A stretch of DNA of 64,000 nt from Naegleria gruberi (taxonomy: Eukaryota). Position 1 is the first letter of the stretch, and each line of letters begins with the position of its first letter. Under the pieces are notes generated by a model. The model saw only the letters and a list, made by a program, of their open reading frames with translations. It searched no databases and was not told where the DNA came from. The stretch lies in assembly GCA_000004985.1 (NCBI GenBank), contig GG738880.1; one strand, 5' to 3'. Positions 10,511 to 21,800 of this stretch are shown here, in pieces. Position numbers and translations under genes: made by a program.

Positions 10511-11998
10511 ATGTCATCATCAACCACAGCAACAACTCGGTTTAAATCTAATGAACGTTATAAAGATTCTAAACAATTGGCTGAATGGTTAAAATCTTCA
10601 ACTAAATGTCCTCCTTCTCTTGTGGAAAGTACGTAAACGTTTTATGAAAGTAATCAACAACATCATCATCATAAACTCTAAAAGAATTGGAAGAGTACGG
10701 ATTGGATGAATGGACATTAATGAGTATAAATGATGAAAATCTATTGATGGAAGAGTTGGGAATTAATAAATTACAAGCTAAAGCCCTGATGAAGGTAATA
10801 GCTGACAGTGGAAATGGTAATAGCAATACTGAACAGAAAAATTCATCACAACAACTTGAACAAAACACGAGTCAACAAGCAACAAGTAATGTTGACAACA
10901 TTGGTGAAGAATTGTTGAGGAATAATACGAATGAGAATGGAAATCAGACAAGTGATACTCATCAGCCCAGTAGTTCTACCTCTACAAATATAGCATCTGC
11001 ACCCAATTCTTCAGAGGGTTTATTTATTGAAATGGGTAAGTCTGATTTGCTCATAATGTGAAATAGGTTGACCAACATATTAAATAGGAGGATTGGATGA
11101 TGGTCTAACCAACGAGCCATATACTCCAATTGAGGAAGAGGAAAATGCAGCTAATGACGGAGACAATGAAGCTCAAACAAAACTAGGAGATCGATATTAC
11201 TCTGGGGATGGTGTCGAAAAATCGTTTGAAAAGGCATTGGAATGGTATAGGAAAGCAGCAGCTCAAGGAAATACTACTGCTCAATTTCATATTGGAAAAA
11301 TGTATGAGAAGGGAGAAGGAGTTCCCATATCACCAGAAAAAGCATTCGTTTGGTATAAAACAGCAGCACAATTAGGGGATGCAGCAGCTCAGCATCAAAC
11401 AGGGAAAATGTATTTTTGGGGATTTGGAGTTGAAAAATCAAATGACTTGGCATTTGAGTGGATATCTAAATCAGCCAATCAAGAATATTCACACGCAGAA
11501 TATGATTTGGGAAATTTATATTATGAAGGAAATGGAGTTGAACAATCACTTACAGATGCTTTTAAATGGTATGAAAAGGCAGCTAATCAAGGTGATGCAT
11601 ATGTACAAAATCTTATAGGGGCCATGTATCAGGAAGGTGAAGGAGTAGCTCAGTCATACTCAAAAGCATTTGAATGGTATGAGAAAGCAGCCAATCAAGG
11701 AGAGGTCAATGCTCAATTTCATTTAGCCCTACTGTACCAAGAAGAAGGAGTTCACCAGTCATACGAGAAGTCCTATAACTTACTGGAGAAATTAGCTAGT
11801 TCCAATGATAAGGATGCTCAAATTGCCTTAGGTGATATGCTTTGTGAGGAGGAAAGTGTTAGAGAAATGGCCATTTCATGGTATGAAAAGGCAGCCAATT
11901 TAGGGAATGATGATGCTAAAATCAAACTAGAAGAATTGAAAAAGAAGAGAAAGAGGTTGGCTATAAGAAAACCAAGGAGAGGCAGAAAAAGAAAATAG
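10511..11998 (+). CDS. SAM-domain plus Sel1-repeat (TPR-like) protein
   Basis: Three exons: 10511..10628, 10685..11035 and 11088..11998, with introns 10629..10684 (GTACGT..AAG) and 11036..11087 (GTAAGT..TAG). Exon 2 carries a SAM domain (LEEYGLDEWTLMSINDENLLMEELGINKLQAKALMKVI). Exon 3 has at least six Sel1 repeats (A..G...AQ..LG.MY..G.GV..S...A..WY.KAA). Confidence 0.7.
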
Positions 11999-12359
11999 GT
12001 TCACCTTATAGAAGTCTTGATTTAAGCGAACAAACATTGTTTTAATTGCACATATTAGCTATTTGCTATTCAGCTAAAAAGATTATTGTTTGCAGACTTT
12101 TTATTTTAATAAACATCTCAAACAACTAAGAGAACATAGATGCAGAAACTTAGATGATTATGACATGTTAATATTTGTAATTATAGTAATTTAGAATGAC
12201 GTTTAAGTTAGTTTGTTCTTTCAAATTCGAATCTCCCAGTAATAATAAGCCTTAATAAATCACCAATACAATGTGAAAGAACTTATTAGTAAAAATCTTT
12301 TTCAAAGTTTGGTAAATTTTAAGATCACACTCCGAAAATTTAAATAATATTTAAAAAAA

Positions 12360-13205
12360 ATGAGTGGAGAAGTAGCAAAAGCACTTAATCTTGTCAAACA
12401 AAATCTTGTTCAAACATTAAAGGTAGATATTTTGATAATTACATCCGATGGAAATATTTAATTTTGGATCATTTAGAAATTAAATAGAGGAGAAAATACA
12501 TGCCGATTGGTTGCTGTCAGCAAGACAAAACCTGTGGAATTAATTCAAGAATGTTTGGATGCTGGACAATTACATTTTGGAGAAAATTATATTCAAGAAA
12601 TATGTGAAAAAGCACCAGTAATGTCAAAGGATATTAAATGGCACTTTATTGGACATCTTCAATCAAACAAAATTAAACAACTTGTAGAGAAAGTTGAAAG
12701 TTTATACATGGTAGAAACAGTTGACAGAGTTAAAATTGCTCAAACTTTGGAAAAAGCTTGGGCTGCTACTCAACGTGAAAATAAGCTTAACGTTCTTGTT
12801 CAAATTAATACTTCAAATGAGGAAAGCAAATCTGGAATTACAACAGTTGAGGAATGTGAAGAAGTTGTCAAATATATTCAAGGTAGGTGTTATTTGTTTT
12901 ATTACCAACCATGAAATACCAAACTGTTTCTGCCAAAAGAACAATGTCCACATCTTAGTTTTAGAGGTCTGATGACAATTGGAAGCTTCGAACACAGCCA
13001 AGATCCAGAAAGAAATCCTGACTTTGAAAAATTAGTTTGGTTCAGAGACGAATTATTGAAAAAGATGGAATCTTTGACAAACATTGAAAACTTTGAATTG
13101 AGTATGGGAATGTCACATGACTATGAAATTGCCATCAAGTATGGAAGTACCAATGTTCGTGTGGGAAGCACAATTTTCGGTGCCAGAAATTATGCAAACC
13201 AATAA
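12360..13205 (+). CDS. PLPBP: pyridoxal-phosphate homeostasis protein (YggS/PLPBP/YBL036C family)
   Basis: Three exons: 12360..12422, 12477..12882 and 12967..13205 (introns GTAGAT..TAG and GTAGGT..AG). RLVAVSKTKPVELIQECLDAGQLHFGENYIQE, WHFIGHLQSNKIKQL, LMTIGSFEHS and LSMGMSHDYEIAIKYGSTNVRVGSTIFGAR match yeast YBL036C nearly motif for motif. Confidence 0.85.
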
Positions 13206-13206
13206 A

Positions 13207-15591
13207 TTATTTAAAGTATGAATATTTCACTTTCTGTTGTTCTGGTTGTGAATCATAGAATGGAAGAGATCTCTTCTTTGTTGAAGCTACATCCTCATCT
13301 TGATAATCTTCATACTCAACCACTACATCTTGATTTTGTTGTTGCTGTTGATACATGTATTGTTGTTGGGCATATTGTTGTTGAGCTTGAAGTTGAGCCT
13401 GTTGTTGAGCTGCATACATTTCTTCATCAGATTTAAGAGCAGAGTCTTTCAACATTCTACAAAATGATCTTAATCTTCTATACTTGTTAGTAATATATTC
13501 TATTAATAATTTCCAATCTTCATCCTTCTTTTCAAGAACAAAATATGATTTAGTTGATAAAATCAATTGAACAAATTTCTTATATCCATTAACTCCAGCG
13601 CTACTTTTGAGGGTAATTTGGAAAAGACCCTTCAGACTTGCGTGAATTTGTCTCATATAGGCGTGGAGATGAGGATCTAATTGTGCAATATATTCCATTA
13701 ATATCTTTCTTTGTTCTTGAAGTGCAGGATCTTCAGTTTCAATTTCATCCATCTGTCTCAATACAGTTGTAGTTGTATAAGAATAATAGTAAGAAGTTTC
13801 TTCCATTGGTGTAACTGGAGGTATCCATGATACATATCTCAAGAAAATCATTACAGCTTGTCTGTCTTGGATATTTTCGTTTCTCAAAATATAGGCATAA
13901 ATCTTACCCAAAAGAATATTTGCTTGTATGACTGTTTCCTTTTGGTTTTGGTGTGAAATGGCTGCATAAGACAATAAATGCAGCACGAGTTGCAGATATT
14001 CACTATCAAAATGAATATATTGATCTGTTTCTGCAAGAATGTCTTCAGTAAAGTGCCCAGATTCAGTAGGATCAGATGTTATGAAATTCAAATGATCTAT
14101 TCCTGTCACTCCAACAAGTTTGACGGCATAAGCAATAACTCCACCAATGTTGGCTGGAGTAACAACATCCAAAAGTGATCTAATTATTTCTACAGTTCTG
14201 TTCATGTTTGGATGTTTTTCCACTTCTTCCATTTGTTCCATGAATAATGAAAGAAGATTCACTAATTTTTTGGCTTCTGCATCCTTTCCTTCCTTGTCCT
14301 TGATTCTTGCCAAATGTTCAAAACATTTTCTCAAAAAGGCTTCTTCCTTTGGATTTTCTCCAAAAGCAGAAATGTCAGCACCCTCGTTTTTAATTCTGAG
14401 CTTCTTTTCTTCAAAGAGCTCCTCAAGTAATATTTCAACGAGTGGTCCTTCCTCTTTGGCATCTGTACAAAATTGTTTGACTTCATCAACTAAATCACTA
14501 TTTCTCAAGGAAAGGAGAACAACATTTTTAAGTACAAATATTAATCCAAAGCCAAGCTCTGAATTTTCTACCAGCAAATTGTAAACTTTCTCGTTCATAT
14601 CCAGCACAAACTCTTCTTCTATCGATTCTACTTTCTTATTTACAAGGTTAGTCACATATGATGGTACTCGAAGATAATTCACTAAATTGGATTTTTTCCA
14701 TACTACTTCCAACTCCTTTTCAAATTCAACAATTTTTTCATTAACTGTTGGTTGAGCATCTTCATCTCCATTGTCATCACCAACTGAAAAAGTGGAAGGT
14801 GCTGGCGTTACTATAGTGTTTGCATTATTTTTGAAATTTGTTTCTATTACACATTCCGTAATTTGAAGGAGGATTTTGGCCTTGAAATCTAAAAACTCCT
14901 TTTTAGTTTTCTTTTTGCTTTTCTTTTTAGCTTTAGGTTCTGTTTGTTGTAATAGATAACCTAAAATTTGTTTTATCAGTGTGGAATCCAGCTTTCCGTC
15001 CTTCATAATTTTAGGTTTAATAGAGGCATCATCCAAAAACTTCATAGTTTTAGATTTAATGGTTTGTGATGAGAGTTCATCAAAAACCCTCTTATTATCT
15101 CGCAAAGCAATTTCTTGTACACCAGACCAAAAAACTTTGCCTGTATATGTTTTCCTTGTTAAAACACTTTCCTTTTCGAACACTGTTACTGTTGGAACTA
15201 TATTTTCTATTGATGATGGTTGTGTTGTGTTTGGTGGTAAGTTGTGTTGTTCCTCTGGTTTTTGTTCAAACAAGAAGATGTCATCATTGTGGTCGTTTAC
15301 CTTTTCCAGCAAAAACAGGCCACTGGTATCATGTGATGAATTATTCACTAAATTTGAAGTATTATTACTAGCAAAAACATCCAAACTTTCACCCGATAAC
15401 ATAACCTCTTCTTTATCACTCTTTCCAAATAACAAGGAACCATTACTAGCTGCTATAGAAGAGGTATTCAACAACTCTGTTGGAGGTTGATGCTCCTCTA
15501 TCTTTATCAAAGAAGGATCAACACTCGGTGATGAAGTAAAATCATTCTCCAAACTAGTTGTATGTTGTTGTTGGTGTTCAGTATCGCTCAT
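13207..15591 (-). CDS. hypothetical large protein (helical; Q-rich C-terminus)
   Basis: Continuous 794-aa ORF with an ATG start; it converges on PLPBP with only 1 nt between the two stop codons; no domain recognised. Confidence 0.55.
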   Translation of the reverse strand: MSDTEHQQQHTTSLENDFTSSPSVDPSLIKIEEHQPPTELLNTSSIAASNGSLLFGKSDKEEVMLSGESLDVFASNNTSNLVNNSSHDTSGLFLLEKVNDHNDDIFLFEQKPEEQHNLPPNTTQPSSIENIVPTVTVFEKESVLTRKTYTGKVFWSGVQEIALRDNKRVFDELSSQTIKSKTMKFLDDASIKPKIMKDGKLDSTLIKQILGYLLQQTEPKAKKKSKKKTKKEFLDFKAKILLQITECVIETNFKNNANTIVTPAPSTFSVGDDNGDEDAQPTVNEKIVEFEKELEVVWKKSNLVNYLRVPSYVTNLVNKKVESIEEEFVLDMNEKVYNLLVENSELGFGLIFVLKNVVLLSLRNSDLVDEVKQFCTDAKEEGPLVEILLEELFEEKKLRIKNEGADISAFGENPKEEAFLRKCFEHLARIKDKEGKDAEAKKLVNLLSLFMEQMEEVEKHPNMNRTVEIIRSLLDVVTPANIGGVIAYAVKLVGVTGIDHLNFITSDPTESGHFTEDILAETDQYIHFDSEYLQLVLHLLSYAAISHQNQKETVIQANILLGKIYAYILRNENIQDRQAVMIFLRYVSWIPPVTPMEETSYYYSYTTTTVLRQMDEIETEDPALQEQRKILMEYIAQLDPHLHAYMRQIHASLKGLFQITLKSSAGVNGYKKFVQLILSTKSYFVLEKKDEDWKLLIEYITNKYRRLRSFCRMLKDSALKSDEEMYAAQQQAQLQAQQQYAQQQYMYQQQQQNQDVVVEYEDYQDEDVASTKKRSLPFYDSQPEQQKVKYSYFK

Positions 15592-15821
15592 TTTTTTTCC
15601 ATATTTTTAAAGCAAGCGGTTGAATCGTCGATCTTATTGCGCTTGAATTGTTGTGCTCCACCAACTCCTCGTAAATCATCAGCACAAGGACTTTTGCTAA
15701 TATTTGATGAAACAATAGTACTCAATACTCAATATTATTATCCACATCAAGGAATTAATAGGGTATTTGAAAGAATTTAAAAGGGAATATTTAATAATTT
15801 ATTTTGAAAAATCATTAAAAA

Positions 15822-16733
15822 ATGTGCTTGTTCGGAATTGAAAAGATTACTCAAGGAATTGCCTCTTATTGTTCATCGTTGAATGATGTGAGAGCTGTGG
15901 GCAGTGTTTGTAAATCGAGTCATCAAGCAGTGTTTGTATCTAGTGGATCGGAGAGTGTTATTTGGAAAGTACAGTATGATAGAATTTCCAAGAAGGCTTC
16001 ATCATTGCCATCATCATCGGGTAATAATGAAACATTTAAATCTAAATTAATGAAATTGGTTATCAATGAAAAGTTTACCAAAATGAAATCGGTCTTCTCT
16101 GCAAAGAAGGGTCAATATATTCTCTTACAAGATATTGAATTTCCATCAAAATTTACATTGTTGGAAAAGAATTCTTTATTATTAGTGGATCAACTCTTCA
16201 CCTTTTTAAATGTCAATAATAAGAATAAGGGACATGGTGATAGAATTTCTAAGTGTTTCCTTGTGATTGTTAGATGTTTGGTTGCTGTGAGTCAATTCCA
16301 CTCTTCGGAAAAGTTATTGGATTTATTCAAGAAAGTGGTGAACAAGTTTATTGAATTATTTGGATCTCAATTCCATGATTCATTGGTGGATTTTGCTCCA
16401 AAACATAAGCCAAGATCTGTTCCAAAGGAAAAGGCCCTTGCACTCATCATTGAATTGGAACAAAGTGTTGTAGGAGTATTATCATACTTGATTCTTGTTG
16501 AAAAACTCAATTCAGCAAATCACAAGGCAGGTCTCTTCTCAAATTTATTGGATTATCAGGTTAAAGCTCAAAATGAAGAGTTAAAGTCCACTTTGTGGAA
16601 TGTATTAGTAGAGATTTTCAATAATCATGCATCAACTCTTGAAATTCTGAAGAAAAAGGGTTCCAAAGATATCATTTCAAATTTATCAGTGGAAAGTGAC
16701 GAAAAAACCAAAATATTGAGTGTATTCAATTGA
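15822..16733 (+). CDS. hypothetical protein with an F-box-like N-terminus
   Basis: 303-aa ORF; N-terminal LFGIEKITQGIASYCSSLNDVRAVGSVCKSS resembles an F-box (L.E....I.SYL...D......VCK); the remainder is helical. Confidence 0.45.
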   Translation: MCLFGIEKITQGIASYCSSLNDVRAVGSVCKSSHQAVFVSSGSESVIWKVQYDRISKKASSLPSSSGNNETFKSKLMKLVINEKFTKMKSVFSAKKGQYILLQDIEFPSKFTLLEKNSLLLVDQLFTFLNVNNKNKGHGDRISKCFLVIVRCLVAVSQFHSSEKLLDLFKKVVNKFIELFGSQFHDSLVDFAPKHKPRSVPKEKALALIIELEQSVVGVLSYLILVEKLNSANHKAGLFSNLLDYQVKAQNEELKSTLWNVLVEIFNNHASTLEILKKKGSKDIISNLSVESDEKTKILSVFN

Positions 16734-16786
16734 GTTTGACCATAAACTAATTGATTTTATTCAATGGGTTTGAGTTTATACAAAAT

Positions 16787-17431
16787 TTAATCCGAAGTAT
16801 CCATTTTGTTTGAATTATTGGAAAGCAAAAAGGAGGAGGAAAATACAGCTCTATCTTGTGGAATATCTTTAGATGTTGGTTCAACTTGTTCCTTTACAGC
16901 TGGTGTTCCAACAGATGAAGAAGCAGCCTGATTTGGAACATTGGATTGAGAATAGGTTAGTGTAGTTGTTGGTGTTGTTTGCTTCTTTTCAAATTTATCA
17001 ACATCAATGAGAGCACTGACATCATCGAATGGACAACATTTTAGAATGGCCATTGTTGGAGTTTGTTTCTTCTTCTTATTTGGATATGCTTGAAGTGAGG
17101 AGGAGGGATATGTTTTCTCAACCTCAGTTTCAATTGGAGTATTATTTGCTTGTGCCTTTTCAAAATCTGAAAGTTTCATTGGAGCAGCTGTTGCATTTGA
17201 TGATGTTGAAATGTTATCATTTTCATTTCTACTTGTTTGCTGATTGAGAAATTTACCCAATCCATACTCTTCTGTACAACATTTCTGTGCCAATTCTTTA
17301 GGAGTTGATCTCTTCTTAGATTGATGATGTAACTGTGGACTAGAATCCATAAAGGATGTAAAGAATGATCGATTCTTCTTATCCTTCTTTGCTGGAGCAA
17401 TATTTGAAGTGGAAAGATTGAAAAAGCCCAT
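16787..17431 (-). CDS. hypothetical S/T-rich protein
   Basis: 214-aa ORF with an ATG start; low complexity; no domain. Confidence 0.3.
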   Translation of the reverse strand: MGFFNLSTSNIAPAKKDKKNRSFFTSFMDSSPQLHHQSKKRSTPKELAQKCCTEEYGLGKFLNQQTSRNENDNISTSSNATAAPMKLSDFEKAQANNTPIETEVEKTYPSSSLQAYPNKKKKQTPTMAILKCCPFDDVSALIDVDKFEKKQTTPTTTLTYSQSNVPNQAASSSVGTPAVKEQVEPTSKDIPQDRAVFSSSFLLSNNSNKMDTSD

Positions 17432-17628
17432 TGAATTGATTTGGTTGTTTTTTTACTATTTGTTTCTTGTTCAATGAATAGTTTCTTCAGGAAAGATAAC
17501 ACACTCTGTTCTCAAAATGGAGAATTACATATATAGAGTTGTTACTTTTTTACTTGAGTGAAGTGGGAAGTTTCTCATTTTTAATGAATTTGAACTTTAT
17601 TTACAAAATATTTACAAAATAGTAACAA

Positions 17629-18099
17629 TTATTGAATATCAATTGATCTAGTCTTTTTCTTTGGTTCTTCAACTACTTTTGGAACAGTAACTCTCAAAAC
17701 ACCATGTTCCAAAGCTGCCTTGACCTTATCAAAATCAGCATTTGGTGGTAAATAGACAGTTCTACTGAAAGAACCATGTGATCTTTCAACGCAGTGATAT
17801 CTTTCATTATCTTCCTTCTTTTCCTTTTCAACATGACCACTGACAGTCATGGTTCTATGCTCTTCATCAATATCAATCTTTAAATCATCCTTTGTCATAC
17901 CAGGAACATTACAAACAATTTTAACTTCATTTGTAGTTTCAGAAACATCAGTGGTTGGTTTAAATTCAGGAACTAATCTATCATCAAATCTATCAAATGC
18001 TCTCAAGAATGGATCATCAAAGAAAGTATCAACCCAATTATTGGTTCTGTGTTGTCTGGCCAATTGCTTATTATTGTGATGATTGTTGGAGCTCATTTT
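17629..18099 (-). CDS. small heat shock protein (Hsp20/alpha-crystallin family), copy A
   Basis: MSSNNHHNNKQLARQHRTNNWVDTFFDDPFLRAFDRFDD...VKIVCNVPGMTKDDLKIDIDEEHRTMTVSGHVEKEK...RSHGSFSRTVYLPPNADFDKVKAALEHGVLRVTVPK is a typical alpha-crystallin domain with a C-terminal extension. TATAAA sits about 85 nt upstream (18184..18193). A near-identical inverted copy lies at 63716..>64000. Confidence 0.85.
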   Translation of the reverse strand, partial: KMSSNNHHNNKQLARQHRTNNWVDTFFDDPFLRAFDRFDDRLVPEFKPTTDVSETTNEVKIVCNVPGMTKDDLKIDIDEEHRTMTVSGHVEKEKKEDNERYHCVERSHGSFSRTVYLPPNADFDKVKAALEHGVLRVTVPKVVEEPKKKTRSIDIQ

Positions 18100-18390
18100 C
18101 AGTTGTTGCTTGTTTTGCAGTAGTGATTGTGTATTATTTGTTTTTTTTGTTGTGTATAAAAGGATTAGAGTGTTGTGATTGAATTTATAGTCCTGTATCT
18201 CAAATTCCGAGGAAACTTTTTTGGAAATTTTAAAATTAAAATTTTGTAATTCCGTTACAATACAAATTTGGCTTGCATTCAAAAATGGTTTCCAACAAAG
18301 TTGTGATCTCGATTCCGATGGTGCTTTTTACGGAACTTCCACTGGATAGCAACACCTTGAATCATCCATTCACATACAACAAGTCTTGTC
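17629..18390. repeat. arm A of a long inverted duplication (Hsp20 gene plus about 300 bp of promoter)
   Basis: The reverse complement of 17629..about 18390 matches 64000..about 63400 nearly base for base, with a few substitutions; similarity decays beyond about 18380 and 63420. Confidence 0.8.
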
Positions 18391-18852
18391 CTTCTTCCTC
18401 CAAGCAACTATACAGTATATCCATCAAGGTTTCATTATTTTCCTTGACTATTAATATTTCTATATTTCACAATAGCTCGCAACAATTTAAATCCATTTCA
18501 ATTATTTTATTCTGAAGTATGTTTATAAATTGAAACAAATGTTAAAAATGAATGTCTTAATCATCCTTAAATTAGAAAGACAGTATTGTGAACAATACAT
18601 CCAAAAAGTATCCTAAATCCAAACCGCTTTCCGCAGTTACTTTGAAGAGTGCCTCAAAGATATCGAAAAAAGATGGGAAAATCAATCTGAAAGATATTTA
18701 TTTTACAGAGATAAGCATCAAATTGATGAAGAACAGTTGTTTGCCATTTTGAGTACTGAAAGACAAGCACCTTTAGAATTTGAACCTTGTGATGAAGATG
18801 ATTAAATAAAGGGAATAGAATGCGAAATATTGAATTGGCTGACAATGATAAT

Positions 18853-21800
18853 TTATTGTTTGAGAGCAGAGCCCATTTGTTCTTTCAATTCGAATAATTT
18901 GTTCATTTGTTGATAACTGGATGTAATGAAGAAACGAGAGAAAGTATCATCCAAGTTAACCATCAAAGCACAATACATATCCTTTAAAGTCTCTTTCAAA
19001 TCATCGCTTTCAATCTTGCCACTTTTAATCAATTCGAATTGAGAATTGAATGATTTCTTGATGTGATGAGAAAAATTGATTTCCATTGGAGAATTAGTTG
19101 CCACAAAATTTTCATTCCATTCAGTAAATTCTTTTTCCAGATCTTCCATTGATGGAATATTTCCCCTATTAATTTCCTCAAGAATAGGATAAAGTTTCTT
19201 CCAAAATATTACATTTTCTAATGAATGTTCTGTCTTGGCAAATTGTTCAAAAACTTGACAAAGTATTGGTTGAATAAGAATATCCTTGATTTGATTATCC
19301 TCTTCCACATCTTCATTTCCAATCTGTGAAGTATAACCCTTTTTAGAAGCCAAGTATTCATAAATGGAAATAATTGAAACTAATCCACCAAAACTTAAAA
19401 TCAAAAGTAAATTATAAATCACTTCAAAAATATAGCCAACAATTAAATAGCTCTCTCTTGCATTGAGTGAAGTCTGTGAGGTGAGATAGGAGAAACCCAT
19501 TGCATTGGAAATTACATAGAACGCAATACTAATGAAAAATAAGGCAAATTCCTTTCTGAAGGAAAGATTGTCATTCACAATAAAGTAATTCTTGATTGGG
19601 TTAATGAAGAGTTTCTTATCTGTTTCTTTCAATTTGGAATTCAATTGAACATATCTCAATTCCATATAAATATCCACTGCATAGATAACACAAACAAGTA
19701 ATGAAATGGTCATTACAAATGCAAATAATGAGCTTGACATAATTTTTGTGTAGGTGTCTCCATCAATTGCACTCCTTCCCATCAGTGAAATGAAGATAAC
19801 AAAATAAATAATAATGAATAGAGCAATAACAGCATTCCACACAATAGAGAAAAACTTGTTGGTGAGAATGATCTTGGTCCACTTTAAAAAGGTATCAGTT
19901 TGAGTTTCTTTCTTTTCACTCAAAATGGCCATCAATTCATAAACATATTTGAATGTAATATATCTCAAATTGAACATTAAATAGTTCAATAATGAGAGGC
20001 AATAGAAAGTGCAACTAATCATTGTAAAAACGGATTGGACTATTGAGCTATCTCCACTTCTATCCAATAACATTGAACCAGGAATAATCACGCTAAAAAG
20101 CAGTTCAATAATAAGAGATACCAGGGCAAAGTAAGGAAGATACCATCTGCTCTTTGTTGGATTCCTTCGTGAGGTTATAATTAATCCAACAATTGCAACA
20201 ATAGCCAATACAATCAAAATTGAGCTGACAACAATTTTTCCAATGGTGAGAGGTATGCTACTGTATTTGGTAAATTGAAGGAATGCAGAGAATGTAGTGG
20301 TATGATTACATTGACAGTCAATAATACCATTAGATTGGTCAACCAGAGTTTTACATCCATCTGTTTTCCATAATCTTTCAGTTTCATCGAAATACTTGCA
20401 AGAAATAGTTAGTTGTGTGGAATTGGATTGGATGCTTTCTATGGTGCTCTTATCTACATTAAATTTAATGCTGATAGGGTTAGAGAGATTCGAAACGTTG
20501 AGAACTTGACCATTGGAAATATACTTGAGATCAGTAACCTTGGCCAAATTGACAAATGACGTTCCTGCTAATCCAATTAAATTATTGTAGGAATAGTTAT
20601 TACTCAATACAGATCCAGATATTAAGGAGGCCAACTTTTCAACATTTAAATAGGTAACACTTCCAATAGAAATATCTTTTAAAGTACTTAGCTCACTAGG
20701 AGTTACTACTGTGGTATTTCCATCAGAAACAATTGATTGATTGATATTTCTGGCAACTGACACTATAAAAGAAGCTGTAACCACTTGGAAAATACTATCT
20801 GATTGGGATGAAATTCTAGTGGCCACCATTACCGTTTTCTCAATAATTGAATTACTTTCTGAGCTAATATTGAAATTTTGAGACGAGTAGCAGTTAGAAT
20901 ATGCCATTAATACATTTGACAATGTTGATTCGTATGAAGCACTTGAGGTCTTTAAGGTATTCGAATCCAGTTGACTAAGTTCCTTGGAAATATTAACAGC
21001 TAAATTAGAGATGGTGTTCAGAATAGTCGAACTAACTTGAGATTGGGATGTAATGACAGACAATGCTTCTGTAACTTTGAGAGTTTCATCAGCATTGGAT
21101 GCATTTCTTTGTAAAGTTGAAATAGCGTTAGTGACAAGTTCCAAAACTTGAACAACATTAGTTGACTTGGAATAGGTATCCTTATTAGATGCAATGGTAG
21201 CAACATCACTAATTGGTAAAGTTTTGAGGAAACTTTCAGAAAAAACACTTTCGTATTCCATTACTTGTAAAGTATTGGAAAAGTCAACTGTGAATGATTC
21301 AGTTCCTAACGTGGCTGTTATAGAACATGAATAATTTCCCTTCTTCATGAACTTATCAATTGAAATAATCAATGGATTGGTGAATGATTGGATGTTCAAA
21401 GGTGTATTGAAATATGTGGTCAATTGATTTTTGCATTTCATTTCATAAGTAGCTGATTGGTAAACTGATTTGAATGATTCCGCATAGTTCAGTACTACTT
21501 TAACACTTGTATTAGTGTAAGTGACAGTTGAATAAAACTTTACATCAAATACAGGAGTCAGGCAATCTTTTCCATACCATCCACTTGTACAACCTGAAAT
21601 TACATACTTTCTAATAGTTGAATCTGCAACAATTATAGATCCATCATTAGTAATAGAAAGTGAGTTTGGCTGGAAGAGTATTATTTCATTCTTTCCTGGT
21701 GTTCCAATTATTGTTGAGATAGTATTCGATGATCTATACCATCTTCTAATACATTGATTGGATTTTTCTAAAATAGCCATATCTCCATTAGAAAAGAATG

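Noticed and set aside
14147-15490. Plus-strand ORFs of 145, 169 and 101 aa inside the 13207..15591 gene
   Set aside because: They are antisense shadows of a long continuous minus-strand ORF. The same reasoning applies to 17849..18182, 21018..21248, 21962..22147, 30172..30687, 52232..53488, 54372..55159 and 60155..60597.
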